Shown in pieces: positions 36,465-47,845 of a DNA stretch of 64,000 nt (within the stretch, counting starts at the first letter, position 1; every line of letters begins with the position of its first letter). The stretch comes from Scyliorhinus canicula (taxonomy: Eukaryota). The stretch lies in assembly GCF_902713615.1 (NCBI RefSeq), contig NC_052159.1, positions 20,410,018 to 20,474,017 of the forward strand, written 5' to 3'. Below the pieces are notes generated by a model that worked only from the letters and a program-made list of their open reading frames with translations, did not search any database and was not told where the DNA came from. Position numbers and translations under genes: made by a program.

Positions 36465-37363
36465 TATCTGATATCTACAAGGTTATGCAGGAGGCGGAGG
36501 AGGCGTCAGTAGAGGAGCTGAAAACGAAGTGGGAGGGGGAACTGGGGGAACAGATCGAAGACGGGACATGGGCTGATGCCCTGGAGAGGGTTAATTCTTC
36601 CTCCTCGTGTGCGCGGCTTAGCCTCATCCAATTCAAGGTGCTGCACCGGGCCCACATGACTGGGACGAGGATGAGTAGGTTCTTTGGGGGTGAGGACAGG
36701 TGTGTCAGGTGCTCAGGGAGTCCAGCGAACCATGCCCATATGTTCTGGGCATGCCCGGCACTGGAGGAGTTCTGGAAGGGGGTGGCGAGGACGGTGTCGA
36801 GGGTGGTGGGATCCAGGGTCAAGCCAGGATGGGGACTCGCGATTTTTGGGGTTGGGGTGGAGCCGGGAGTGCAGGAGGCGAAAGAGGCCGGTGTGCTGGC
36901 CTTTGCGTCCCTAGTAGCCCGGTGAAGGATCTTGCTACAATGGAAGGATGCGAGGCCCCCAAGCGTGGAGACCTGGATCAATGACATGGCGGGTTTCATT
37001 AAGCTAGAGAAGGTCAAATTCGCCCTGAGAGGGTCGGTACAAGGGTTCTTTAGGCGGTGGCAGCCTTTTCTCGACTTTCTGGCTCAACGATAGGGTACGG
37101 GGACAGCAGCAGCAGCAACCCGGGGAGGGAAAAGGGGAGGGAAAAGGGGGGGGCCGACAATGACTATGTTTGTTTATTTAATTTTAATATTTTTTAAGTT
37201 CTTTTGTTGTTCATTAGGGTTGGGGGGGTGGGGGGATGTGATACATGCGCCGATACGGTCTGGGGGTGTCACAGTTATCATGGGTTATTTTGTTGCATTT
37301 CATTGTTTGTCGCTATGTTTTATATTTTCTGTAAAAAATTCCAATAAAAATTATATTAAAAAA
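36465..37363 (+). mobile_element. 5'-truncated L1 (same family as 31444-32541)
   Basis: Near-identical ORF2 C-terminus; 15-bp TSD aagaatgtaaatagg at 36450-36464 and 37364-37378. Confidence 0.92.
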
Positions 37364-37375
37364 AAGAATGTAAAT

Positions 37376-37594
37376 AGGGCGGCACGGTGGCGCAATGGTT
37401 AGCACTGCTGCCTCATGGTGCCGAGGACCCGGGTTCGACCCTGGCCCCAGGCCACTGTCCATGTGGAGTTTGCACATTCTCCCCGTCTCTGCGTGGGTCT
37501 CATCCCCACAAACCCAAAGGCATGCAGTGTAGGTACATTGGTCATTAAATTGGCTAAATTGCCCATTAATTGGGTACTGCAATTTATTTTTAAA
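37376..37594 (+). mobile_element. Short-tailed V-SINE sharing its target site with the adjacent L1
   Basis: TSD aagaatgtaaat at 37364-37375 and 37595-37606. Confidence 0.85.
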
Positions 37595-38070
37595 AAGAAT
37601 GTAAATGTCAACATGTGCCATGCAAGCCATAATTAGTCATTCCCTTAACAATGCTGTTTGCATGGGCTGTGTTAAAAGTGACTGATTTGTACAAGGAACT
37701 GTCATTTTTTATAAAGTTGTGCAGTGGGTCAAATAGTCACTGGCCAAGCAGCTCCAGAGACATCACTGGATTCCAGTCCGGATGGATGCGATAAAGCCTT
37801 ATATGAAATAAGTCTAGATAACCTTAATCCAGTTCCTACTGGGCACAAAACTGTCCCCAATTTGAAACTAAACTAGTATTGATTGAGGCTGCAGGATGGA
37901 AAATAATGTCACAGTGGTACTTGTCAGAGGTTGCAGCCAAGACAATTTATTGGACAGATTAAAAGGAATCTTTACTCTGCATCTAACGAGGCTATACCCT
38001 GGAATGGTTAATATTGACAACTGAGATGCAAATTGGACTGCAAAAGTAATTTGCAAAAGGTGCAACTTAC

Positions 38071-38204
38071 CTGTGTCCTACACCATTTATATATCTCTGG
38101 TCGAGTGATACAGGGAATTACATGATCTAAAAAGTTTAAAATCTTTTCGGAAGGTTTGATAGGAGAGTTTAAGTCTAAGCAGTAAGTCATCGAGTCATGG
38201 CTTC
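38071..38204 (-). CDS. PLCXD1: PLCXD1 coding exon 2 (first catalytic His)
   Basis: GSHDSMTYCLDLNSPI...PCITRPEIYKWCRTQ; ttctag/ and cag/gtaagt; 134 nt. Confidence 0.95.
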
Positions 38205-39488
38205 CTAGAAGAGAACAAAAATATTTCTAATGTCAAAAACTTGTAGGATCACTTCATGTTAATCAATTGTAACCCTGCCAAAACATTACTTACACCATAA
38301 ACAAAGAAATGGATAGGATTTGCCTATGTTCCTCACTACACTATATCTGAATGGTTCTCCTTCAGCTGTATGTCCTAGTTACAGCCTCTCCAAGTGTCCT
38401 TCAGCCACTACCCCAAGCTCTTATTGTTTCACAGCTCCAGGTTCGATTCCTAGCTTGGGTCACTGTCTGTGCTGAGTCTGTACGTCCTCCCTGTGCCTGC
38501 GTGGGTTTCCTCCGGGGGCTACAGTTTCCTTCCACAGTCCAAAGATGTGTAGTTTAGGTGGATTGACCATGCCAAATTGCCCTTAAGTGTCCAGAAAGGT
38601 CAGATGTGGTGACCGGGTTCCGAGGATAGGGTGACGGTGTGGGCTTAAGTAGGTGCTCTTTCCAGGGCCGGTGCAGACACAATGGGCACTGTAAATAAAT
38701 AAATTCTATGATTCCTTGTAACTCTCAACTCAAACTACATTTTTATTTTTTTTCCAATTGAGGGGCAATTTAGCATAGCCAATCCACCATCCCTGCACAT
38801 TTTGGATTGTGGGAGTGATACCCACTAGTGGTACCACGGGGAGAAATTACCTTCCCAAACGCACACTGAATGGGTTTTGAGTAAGTTAAAACCACGCCCA
38901 TGTTCTCAGCAAGCACCAAGTTGAAGAACTCCACACGGACAGTGGGCCGGGATCGAACCCGGGTTCTCGACGACGTGAGGCAGTAGTGCTAACCACAGCG
39001 TCACCGTGCCGCCCTTACTCAAACTACTTTAACATGCTACATCTCTTGCTTCCTCCTTGAAAAGCAAATTCCTACTAGTTTTTCAAATATTGCTACACAA
39101 TCTTTTTAGTTTGCCTATACAGGCCCTTCATTGAGCATCTAATCCAATATAGGCAGCCCTCACAATAAAGTGCTCCATCGGACAATTAGCCTAGTTTACG
39201 CATTCAGTTACTAAAATGAAATTTGAACACTGGAATCAAGCCAGCAATGTCTCTCATGATTCTCATTAACTTGCTGCAAAATCATTCATGGCTCTTCAAC
39301 TTGGTGTTTGCTGAGAACATGGGCGCGGTTTTAACTAACTCAAAACCCATTCAGAGTGCATTTGGGGAGGTAATTTCTCTTGGTTTCTCCTGATGCCACT
39401 ACAATGGGTTCTGCCACCGACTGGACTCTCTGTTTGTGCTGCTATGTCTTGGTACATTGCAGCAGCTTCCATAAAAAACACTGAGAAT

Positions 39489-39708
39489 GGACAGCACGGT
39501 GGCGCAGTGGTAGCACTGCAGTCTCACGGCGCCGAGGTTCCAGGTTCGATCCCGGCTCTGCGTCACTGTCCGTGTGGAGTTTGCACATTCTCCGTGTTTG
39601 CATGGGTTTTGCCCCCACAACCCAAAGATGTGCAAGGTAGGTGGATTGAACACGCTAAACTGCCCCTTAATTGGAAAAAATGAATTGGGTACTCTAAATT
39701 TATTTTTT
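39489..39708 (+). mobile_element. Short-tailed V-SINE with 14-bp TSD
   Basis: TSD aaaacactgagaat at 39475-39488 and 39709-39722. Confidence 0.88.
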
Positions 39709-39714
39709 AAAACA

Positions 39715-41305
39715 CTGAGAATTAGACCGTTTAGCTTGACCTCAGTGGTGGGGAAGTTGCTGGAATCAATCAATGAGGAGGAGATGACTGAACATTTGGA
39801 GAGACAAAGCTCAATCCACCATTGTCAGCATGGGTTTATGAAGGGTAAGTTATGCTAGACAATCCTGTTCAAGTTCTTTGAGGATGTAACCAGCAAGGTG
39901 GACAATGGCGAACCTGTGGATGTGGTGTATCTAGACTTCTAGAAGACATTTGACAAGGTGTTGCATAAAAGACTGATCCAGAAGATGTGATTGCAATGGA
40001 TTGGGAATTGGCTGACTGACAGAAAGCAGGTCAGAATAAATTGGTCCTTCTCTGGCTGGTGAACTAGCGGGGTTCTGCAGGGGTCAGTCCTCAGACCTCA
40101 ACTGTTTACAATCTATATAAATGTTCTGCAAGCAGGGACAAAGTGTAACATAGCAACATTTGCTGATGATACTAAAATAGGTGCAAAAGCAGGCAGTGAA
40201 GAGATAAAATGTTTACAGATGGATATAGATAGGCTTGGAGAATGGGCGAAAATTTGGCAGATGGAGTTTAATGTGGATAAGTGTAAGGTTATCCATTTTT
40301 GGCCAAAAAAAGAGAAACGCAAATTATGATCTAAATGGAAAGCAGATTCAAAATGCGTCTGGGCAGAGGGATCTGGTGGTTCATGAATCGCAGAAGGTCG
40401 GGATGCAGGTACAGCCTTTGATAAAAAAGGCAAATGGAATTTTAATGTTATTGCAAAAGAACTGGAGTATAAGAGTAGAGAAGTGTTGTTTCAATTGTAT
40501 AGGATGTTGGTGAGTCTATATCTGGAGTATTGTATCCAGTTTTGATATCTTTATTTGAAGAAGGATGTGGTGCCATTGGAGGCAGTTCAGAGGAGATTCA
40601 CCATATTGACTCTGGATAAAAGGGTTGATATCTGAGGAGAGATTGAACAGTTTGGCTTTATACTTGCTGGAGTTTAGAACATTGAGAGGGGATCTGATCG
40701 AGATATATAAAATACTTTTTTAAAAATAAATTTAGAGTGTCCAATTATTTTTTCCAATTAAGGGGAAATTTAGCGTGGCCAATCTGCCTACCCTGCACAT
40801 CTTTGGGTTGTGGGGGTGAAACCCACAGGGAGAATGTGCAAACTCCACACAGACAGTGTCCCAGGGCCAGGATCAAACCCGGGTCCTCAGTGCGGTAGGC
40901 AGCAGTGCTAACCACGTGCCGCCCCGGTATATAAAATACTAAAAGGGATTGATAAAGTAAACGTAGACCAAATCTTCCCCCTTGTGGGCAATCTAGAACA
41001 AGAGGTCACAGATATGGGTTGAGAGGCGGTAGATTGAAAACTGAGATGAGGAGGAAATACTTCCCGCAGAGGGTGGTGAATTTATGGAACCCGCTGCCCC
41101 ATAGTGTGGTGGAGTCGGAATCATTAAATGGTTTCAAGGAGATAGATATATTTTTGATTTTTTTTTTAATGGGTTAACGTGATATGGGGAACAGGTGGGG
41201 AGGTGGATTTGAGACCAGGAACAGATCAGCCATGATCTGATTGAATAGCGGTGTTGGCTCGAAGGGCTGAATTGCCTACATCTGCTCCTAATTCATACGT
41301 TCTTA
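39715..41305 (+). mobile_element. Decayed CR1 LINE (RT and tail) with a nested SINE at 40717-40927
   Basis: RPFSLTSVVGKLLES, QHGFMKGK, FADDTK; SINE TSD tatataaaatact at 40704-40716 and 40928-40940. Confidence 0.88.
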
Positions 41306-42262
41306 TTTAAGCATAGGCATCAGTGTAAATACACTCAGTAGTTTAGTGGCTCTGATACTGGATTTGTGACACCAAAGGTTGTGAGTACAAACTCCACATG
41401 AATAATTGTGAAACTGAATTTTAAAAAGTCAACTGAATTGTAAAACTTCCTGATTTGTTCTGAAAGCAGAACTGATTCAGAGAAGGGAACTTGCCACTCC
41501 CAGCTTGTTTGGCCTGTCTGCAACGCAGATGGTTCTTAGTGCTCTTTTGCTGTGACCTAGCAAATGATCACTAGCGCAGAGCAACCAGAGACAAACAATA
41601 AATACAGCAACCGGTCATGTTACGCACAGCCGCCTGACAACAAATAAATAATGTAAAGCACTGAGGTCTAAAAACTGGGCTGACGCCAAAATCTCCTCTG
41701 GCGTTCCAACTATAACCACCCTTTATACCTCTGCGGAGCAGTTAAGTTTTTGAGCACCTCCCAACATTTACACTATTAAGTCCAACTCCCTAATTCCAAA
41801 AGCAAACTTTATCCAATTTTACTGTAGGTTGGCCTAAGCAACAACTAATTTAATGAGCAGAGGAAGCTATTATAAGGGAGGTGTGTTCAATCCTCAGGAC
41901 TGATAGGGGAGAATGAAATGAAGAACAGTTCCATTCAACACAACAGGTATCCGTAAGCATTGAATTCACAAGCAGCAATGTTCGGTAGAGGGAACGAGGT
42001 TAAGGTTTAGGTGTCCTGTATTTTCACACACATTCCCTCACTTCACCTTTTCTCGCACCACAACACAAACCCCTGACGCCCTACTTCTGCAACCAGGCAT
42101 GGATACAACACTGACAGAGCTGTACGAAGCACTCCTTTTTTCTGTCTACAATGCCCACTGACGCAAAAAAGCACTGATTTTGCTTAATTCTTTAATACCT
42201 TACCTATCTCACACTCCAGTCAACTATAAAAGACAATAATGGGCTAAATTAACCATAGTTAC

Positions 42263-42389
42263 CTGGAATGGCCAAATTGCAGAGCGATTCATCCCATAAT
42301 TTTTCTGGTAAATCTGACATCCAATGGGCAAACTGGTTCTGAAGAAGACTTGAAAATAATATCAGCGACGTTCTCCTCGAATCTGCCAT
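42263..42389 (-). CDS. PLCXD1: PLCXD1 coding exon 1
   Basis: MADSRRTSL...HWMSDLPEKLWDESLCNLAIP; acceptor ttctgtag/ 3 nt before the ATG (exon starts 42392); donor cag/gtaact. Confidence 0.9.
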
Positions 42390-42474
42390 TAGCTACAGAA
42401 AGTTGCAAAGGAGTTACGAGGAAGCCCTTTACTGAGATGATAATTTAGCAAAATGAGGTTCAGAAAGCTGGGTG

Positions 42475-42852
42475 GGAGGCGGCGGCGTGGAGGTATTGCC
42501 ACTGGACTAGTAATTCAGAGACCCAGGATGATGCTCCAGGGATCCAGATTCGAATCCCATCATGGCATGTGGTGAAATTTGAATTCCATTAAAACACAAG
42601 TCTGGAATTAAAAGTCTAACAATGACCATGAAACCATTACTAATTGTCGTTAAAAACCCATCTGGTTCACTAATGTCCTTTAGGGAAAGAAATCTGCCGT
42701 CTTTACCTGGCCTGGCCTACATGCGACTCCGGACCCACAGGAATGTGGTTGACTCAGAAATGGCCTCTGAATTGGCTTCGCAAAACCACTTGGTTAAAGG
42801 GCAATTAGGGCTGAGACAGTGACGCCCACATCCCCTGAATGAATTTTTTTTA
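42475..42852 (+). mobile_element. SacSINE1/Deu-domain-like SINE
   Basis: tRNA-like head, aaaacccatctggttcactaatgtcctttaggga core, tail gacgcccacatcccctgaatgaa; more decayed relatives at about 2428-2755 and 41320-41600. Confidence 0.65.
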
Positions 42853-44160
42853 AACCCTCCACACTTCACCGGCAGTGGGCAGGGGAAATCAAAATAAAAT
42901 CTTGCCGGCGAGTTTCTCATTTTCTGACTCTTGCGGGATTTCGAGCCCACGCCGCTGTTTGCCATGGATGCAAAACCCCAGCCAGGTGGCTTTATCCTTG
43001 GACATTTGTGCCAATTTCGTTCGATATTGTGGGAAACCTTTGCTCTTCCCAAGGTGGAGGGAAACCTATGAAGGAAGCTAGGTGAAGAGTTATGAGGCTG
43101 TTCTGATTTCTGGCCAAACATGCTCGGGATTGATTCAGAGCAAAGTTCCCACTGCCCCGCTGAACAATGTGGCAATCATAACCATTGCACACATTCACTC
43201 TTCCGATTTCCCACATATGCTGTAGCCGCTCGCTCTCTGAGGCGAAGTACCGAACGGGGGAGGAGTGGCTTCTTGTTTGCTGGTGATCCATGTCCATTAG
43301 ACACGGCCTGACTCCGCAAATGGGACATTCAAATACGAAAAGAAAGGATGAAGTGGATTTGAACCCAAGTTCACGGAGAATTGAAAGGCCCCTGAATCCT
43401 CGATCAGCACCCGGCCCCAATAGTTACATACCTCAGCACGCCTTAAAGAAAGAGTATTTTACAGGTACCTTGTTCATTATGCTGGGTGCAATACATTGTC
43501 CAGTGAGAGTTTTCACTCAGTTTTCCCAGCTGCAATGGGTCAAACAGGGCCTGAAAAGATAAGATGTAATGTAATGAGGTCATAATGATTTCAACAGCAG
43601 TTATGCAAATCAAGTCACCACGCGTTATCATTTGGGTAGTAATTTTAATCATCCTGCAACCCCCCCATAAAATTTGGGGTGGATTTGGGTCAGGTGGGAA
43701 GTTACGGTTTCAAACCCGAATCCAGCCCAGCTCGAACCCGCCCACTTCCAGATTCATGGAGGTGGGATGGGGGCAGCTGGTCAGCCTGCTGGCCAGTGGG
43801 TCATGGGAAGCTTTTAACGACTGTTGGCCATGTTTCTCTGGCCTTGGGGATCCTGGAGGTGAGATAGGTCCATAAGATAAGTGCCTTTATAGCACTGCTT
43901 GTGGGCCAGGGGAAGCAGAAAACTAGCCATCGCTACCCCAGACAATCTGTCCAACACCACTATCACCTCCCCTTACCCCACTACCCGCCACCCCCATTGC
44001 TTATGAGCACCATCTCATCTACTGACACTGAGCAGCCTGCTTCCCACAACATCTGCAATCTCTTCCCCCACCGGCGGACCAAACCTCCCCTCCACCGCAC
44101 TCTTCTGCTGTAGGCTTTCCTCACTCGACAGACGGCCAGTCTGTCAACTAGGTTGGCTGT

Positions 44161-44381
44161 GGGCAGCACGGTGGTGCAGTGGGTTAGCACTCCTACGTCG
44201 CCGAGGTCCCAGGTTCGATCCCGGCTCTGGGTCACTGTCCGTGTGGAGTTTGCGCATTCTCCCCGTGTTTGCATGGGTTTCACCCCCACAACCCAAAGTT
44301 GTGCAGGGTAGGTGAATTGACCACACTAAATTGCCCCTTAATTGGAAAAAATGAATTGGGTACCCTCATTTATTTTTTTTA
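44161..44381 (+). mobile_element. Short-tailed V-SINE with 15-bp TSD
   Basis: aactagg(t/c)tggctgt at 44146-44160 and 44382-44396. Confidence 0.88.
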
Positions 44382-44866
44382 AACTAGGCTGGCTGTAGGA
44401 AGCATAAATAGAGAAAAAAAAAATTTTAAACCAGCAATTCTCTTCCCTAAAACTTTGATCGGAACACATACTTGGTAAGCATCAGGACCACTGTCAGCAC
44501 ATTTGAGTAGATTTTTACTCAATCACTTTTTATGCTGCAAGTGTCTTCAGGGTTTAGAATTCCCATGCATGTTTTGTCGATTTTTCAGGGTAACTTTAGC
44601 AAACCACCGGCAGGAAAATCCAGTATCGAGGAACAAAGAGATCTTGGTGTATAAATCCATGGATCTCTGAAGGTGGCAGGACAGGTAGATAGGGTGGTAA
44701 AGACGGCCTATGGAATGCTTGCCTTTATTAGCCGGGGCATAGAATATAGGATCAAGGAGGTCTTGGTACAACTTTATGAAACATTGGTTACCCACAGATG
44801 GAATATTGTGCACAGTTCTGATTGCCACACCATTAGAATGACATGATCGCACTGGAGCGGGTGCAC

Positions 44867-45186
44867 GGGCGGTGCAGTAACACAGTGGTTAGCACTGTTG
44901 TTTCACAGCTCTAGGGTTCCGGGTTCGATCCCCGGCTTGGGTCACTGACTGTGTGGGGTCTGCACGTTCTCCCCATCTCTGCCAGGGTTTCCTCTGGGTG
45001 TTCCGGTTTCCTCCCACAAGTCCCGAAAGATGTGCTATTAGGTAATTTGGACATTCTGAATTCTCCCTCAGTGTATCCGAACAGGTGCCGGAGTGTGGCG
45101 ACTAAGGGAGTTTCACAGTAACTTCATTGCAGTGTTAATGTAAGCCTACTTGTGACAATAATAAAGATTTTATATTATATTATTTT
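44867..45186 (+). mobile_element. Full-length V-SINE with Rex1-like tail, nested in a CR1 fragment (about 44620-45560)
   Basis: Head, V-domain, then tttcacagtaacttcattgcagtgttaatgtaagcctacttgtgacaataataaag. Confidence 0.82.
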
Positions 45187-46778
45187 ATGGAGGAGATTCA
45201 CCAGGATGTTGTTTAGGATGGAAATGTTTCTGCTATGAGGAGACGACTGGATAAGCTGGGTTTGTTTTCCCTGGAGCAGAGGTGGCTGCTTGGGGGGGAA
45301 AATCAGATCGAGATATACAAAATTATGAGGGGCTTGTTTAGGGTGATAGCAAGAACCTTTTCCCCATGGCAGAGGTGTCAAAGACCAGAGGGCATAGGTT
45401 TAAACTGTGGAGTAAGGGGTTTAGAGGGAGACCTGAGGAAATATTTCTCACCCAGAGGGTAGTGGAAATATGGAACGCGCTGTCTGAGAGGATGGTGGAG
45501 GCAGGTACTCTCGTAGCATTGAGGAAGCATCTGGACGAGGACTTAATCGTCTAGGGCTAGTGGGCCATGGAGCCACTATCCATGAAGCTACCCTTGAGAA
45601 ATAATGTTACCAAAGCTAGAGTATCCTGGCTGACTAACGATATTGATAATAAAAAAAGAGGCACATGATGCATGCCGGAATAATAATAGCAATAGAAATC
45701 AGGAAGAGTATCCCAAATGCAGGAGAGTGGCTAAAGCTGGAGTAAGAAAGGCTAAGAGAAAGCATGAGGAAAGGTTGTGCTAAAACAAATCGCAAAATGT
45801 TCTTCAAACATATTAATGGTAAAAGATTAGTGAAGGATAGAGTGGGGCCCATAAGGGACAAGCATGCTAAACTGCTGACTGAAGCAGAGGGTATGGCAGA
45901 GGTATTAAATGAGTACTTTGCTTATGTCATTACCAAATTAGAAGATGGCGACCATGGCCCAGTTGGAAATGTGGGTGTTGAGCAACTGAGAAGTATTGTT
46001 TAATTTCTTTTAATATAAATTTACAGTAGTATCCAATTCTCTTCCCCCCCCCCCCCCCCCCAAGTTAAAACGCAATTTAGTGTGGCCAATCCACCTACCC
46101 TGCACATCTTTGGGTTATGGGACACAACGCAGACATGGGGAGAATGTGCAAACTCCACACGGACAGAGACACGGGGCCAGGATCGAATCCGGATCCTGGG
46201 TGCTGTGCGGCAGCAGTGATAACCACTGCACCACCGTGCCGCCCAGCAGTACAGCGATAGATAAAGAAGAAATGCTAAAAAGGCTGGCAGGTCCAGGTAG
46301 CGAAGTCGTCAGGCCTGGATGGGATGCATCCTAGATTGCTGAGAGAAGTAAATGAGTATACTGCGGAACTGTTGATAGAAATTTTCCTGGCCTCTCTGAA
46401 CACACGATCAGTCCGGGGATATCAAATGTGGCGCCGTTGTTTAAGAATGCAGCAAAGGATAACTGAGGAAACTACAGACCTGTCAGCTTGACAGCAATAA
46501 TGGGAATACTGATAAGAGGCCATAATATGGAATGAGATAAATATGCACTTAGAGAAAAATAAGTTAATACAGACAGTGACCATGGCTTTGTCAAGGGCAC
46601 ATCATTTCTAACAAATTTAATTGAGTTTTTGGATGAGATGACACAGTGGATGAGGGTAGTGCCGTGGATGTTGTAAATTTGGACTTTCAGAAAGCATTTG
46701 GTAAGAAGCCACATGGCAGGTTGGTTAGCAAATTAAAAATGGTTGGGATTGATGGGTCCTTGGCAGCATGGATTGGAA

Positions 46779-47845
46779 ACAAAAACAGAAAATGCTGGAC
46801 AATCTCAGCAGGTCTGACAGCGTCTGTGGAGAGAGAAGGGAGCGAACGTTTCGAGTCTGTGTGACTCTTTGTGAAAGCTGGACAGAACTGGAAATGGGGT
46901 CAGATTTATACTGTCATAGGGTGGTGCAGTGGTTAACACTGTTGCCTTGCGGCGCTGAGGACCCGGTTTGATCCCGGCCCTGGATCACTGTCCATGTGGA
47001 GTTTACACATTCTTCCCGTGTCTGCGTGAATTTCGCCCCCACAACCTGTGGTGAATGTAATATATGTTAATATATATGTTAATTCACACTGTTGTAAGCG
47101 CAGTAGCGCTGGCCTACCACTAGGGGGAGTAGCGCTGGGAGCACTTGGGAACTTGTACTGGGCTCCACCCTTGGTTCCTCCCACGACTCCTCCCCCTAGT
47201 GCAGCTGTATAAGTACCCGTGTCCAGAGTCAGCCTGGGTCACTACGAGTTCATCGACAGGTAACAGGCTGGCTCTGAAGTAAGTCGGTTAAAGCCTAGAT
47301 TCACATCGGAAACATGTGTCTGGTGAATTGATGGTTCCATCACAACCCAAAAAGATGTGCAGTGCAGGTGGATTGGCCACACTAAACTGCCCCTTAATGG
47401 GAAAAGAAAATGAACTGGGTACTCTCAACTTATTTTTTTAAATTTATACTGTCATGGGGCGGAGTGGGGGTGGATCGGTGGGGCTAGATAGGGGCTAGCG
47501 ATAGGTGGAGGCGGACTTTGAGGACAGAAAGACAAAGGAATGTAAATGGGGGTGATTAAGGCTAAGAAGGATGCTGATAGTGGCACATAAAAAGATTTTG
47601 TCTTTCTGCTTTCAACATCTTTGTCAATCTCCACCTATTGCTGGCTCCCTATCAGTCCCACCGCTCCATGCCCGCCCACTACAGTATGAATCTGACCCCC
47701 ATTTCCAGTTCTCTATAGCTTTGACAAAAAGTCATCCAGACTCGAAAGGTTAGCAACCGTTTCTCTCCACAGATGTTGTCAGATTGTCCAGCATTTTCTG
47801 TTTGTCTTTCAGATTCCAGGATCCGCATGAATTTTGCTTTTATCT
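46779..47845. mobile_element. Penelope-derived inverted element
   Basis: Arm aaacagaaaatgctggacaatct...cgtttcgagtc with inverted copy at about 47680-47805 plus tail; TSD gcatggatt(g/a)gaa at 46766-46778 and 47846-47858. Confidence 0.7.
47047..47342 (+). mobile_element. Solo LTR (296 bp)
   Basis: TG...CA ends; 5-bp TSD caacc at 47042-47046 and 47343-47347; TATA-like tgtataagta; splits a V-SINE. Confidence 0.8.

Larger units (their letters stand above)
30598..42389 (-). other. PLCXD1: PLCXD1 gene model (PI-PLC X-domain-containing protein 1), 6 coding exons, CDS 966 nt = 321 aa + stop
   Basis: Exons 42389-42263, 38204-38071, 35465-35337, 35053-34892, 33849-33669, 30830-30598 splice GT-AG in frame. 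Motifs: LAIPGSHDS, GIRFFDLR, FIHG, HPKEVVIL, NIIAGDF. Adjacent to GTPBP6 as in human. Confidence 0.93.

Noticed and set aside
42717-43562. Overlapping 142-152 aa ORFs upstream of PLCXD1 coding exon 1
   Set aside because: No domain signature, partly overlapping a SINE; most likely chance ORFs.
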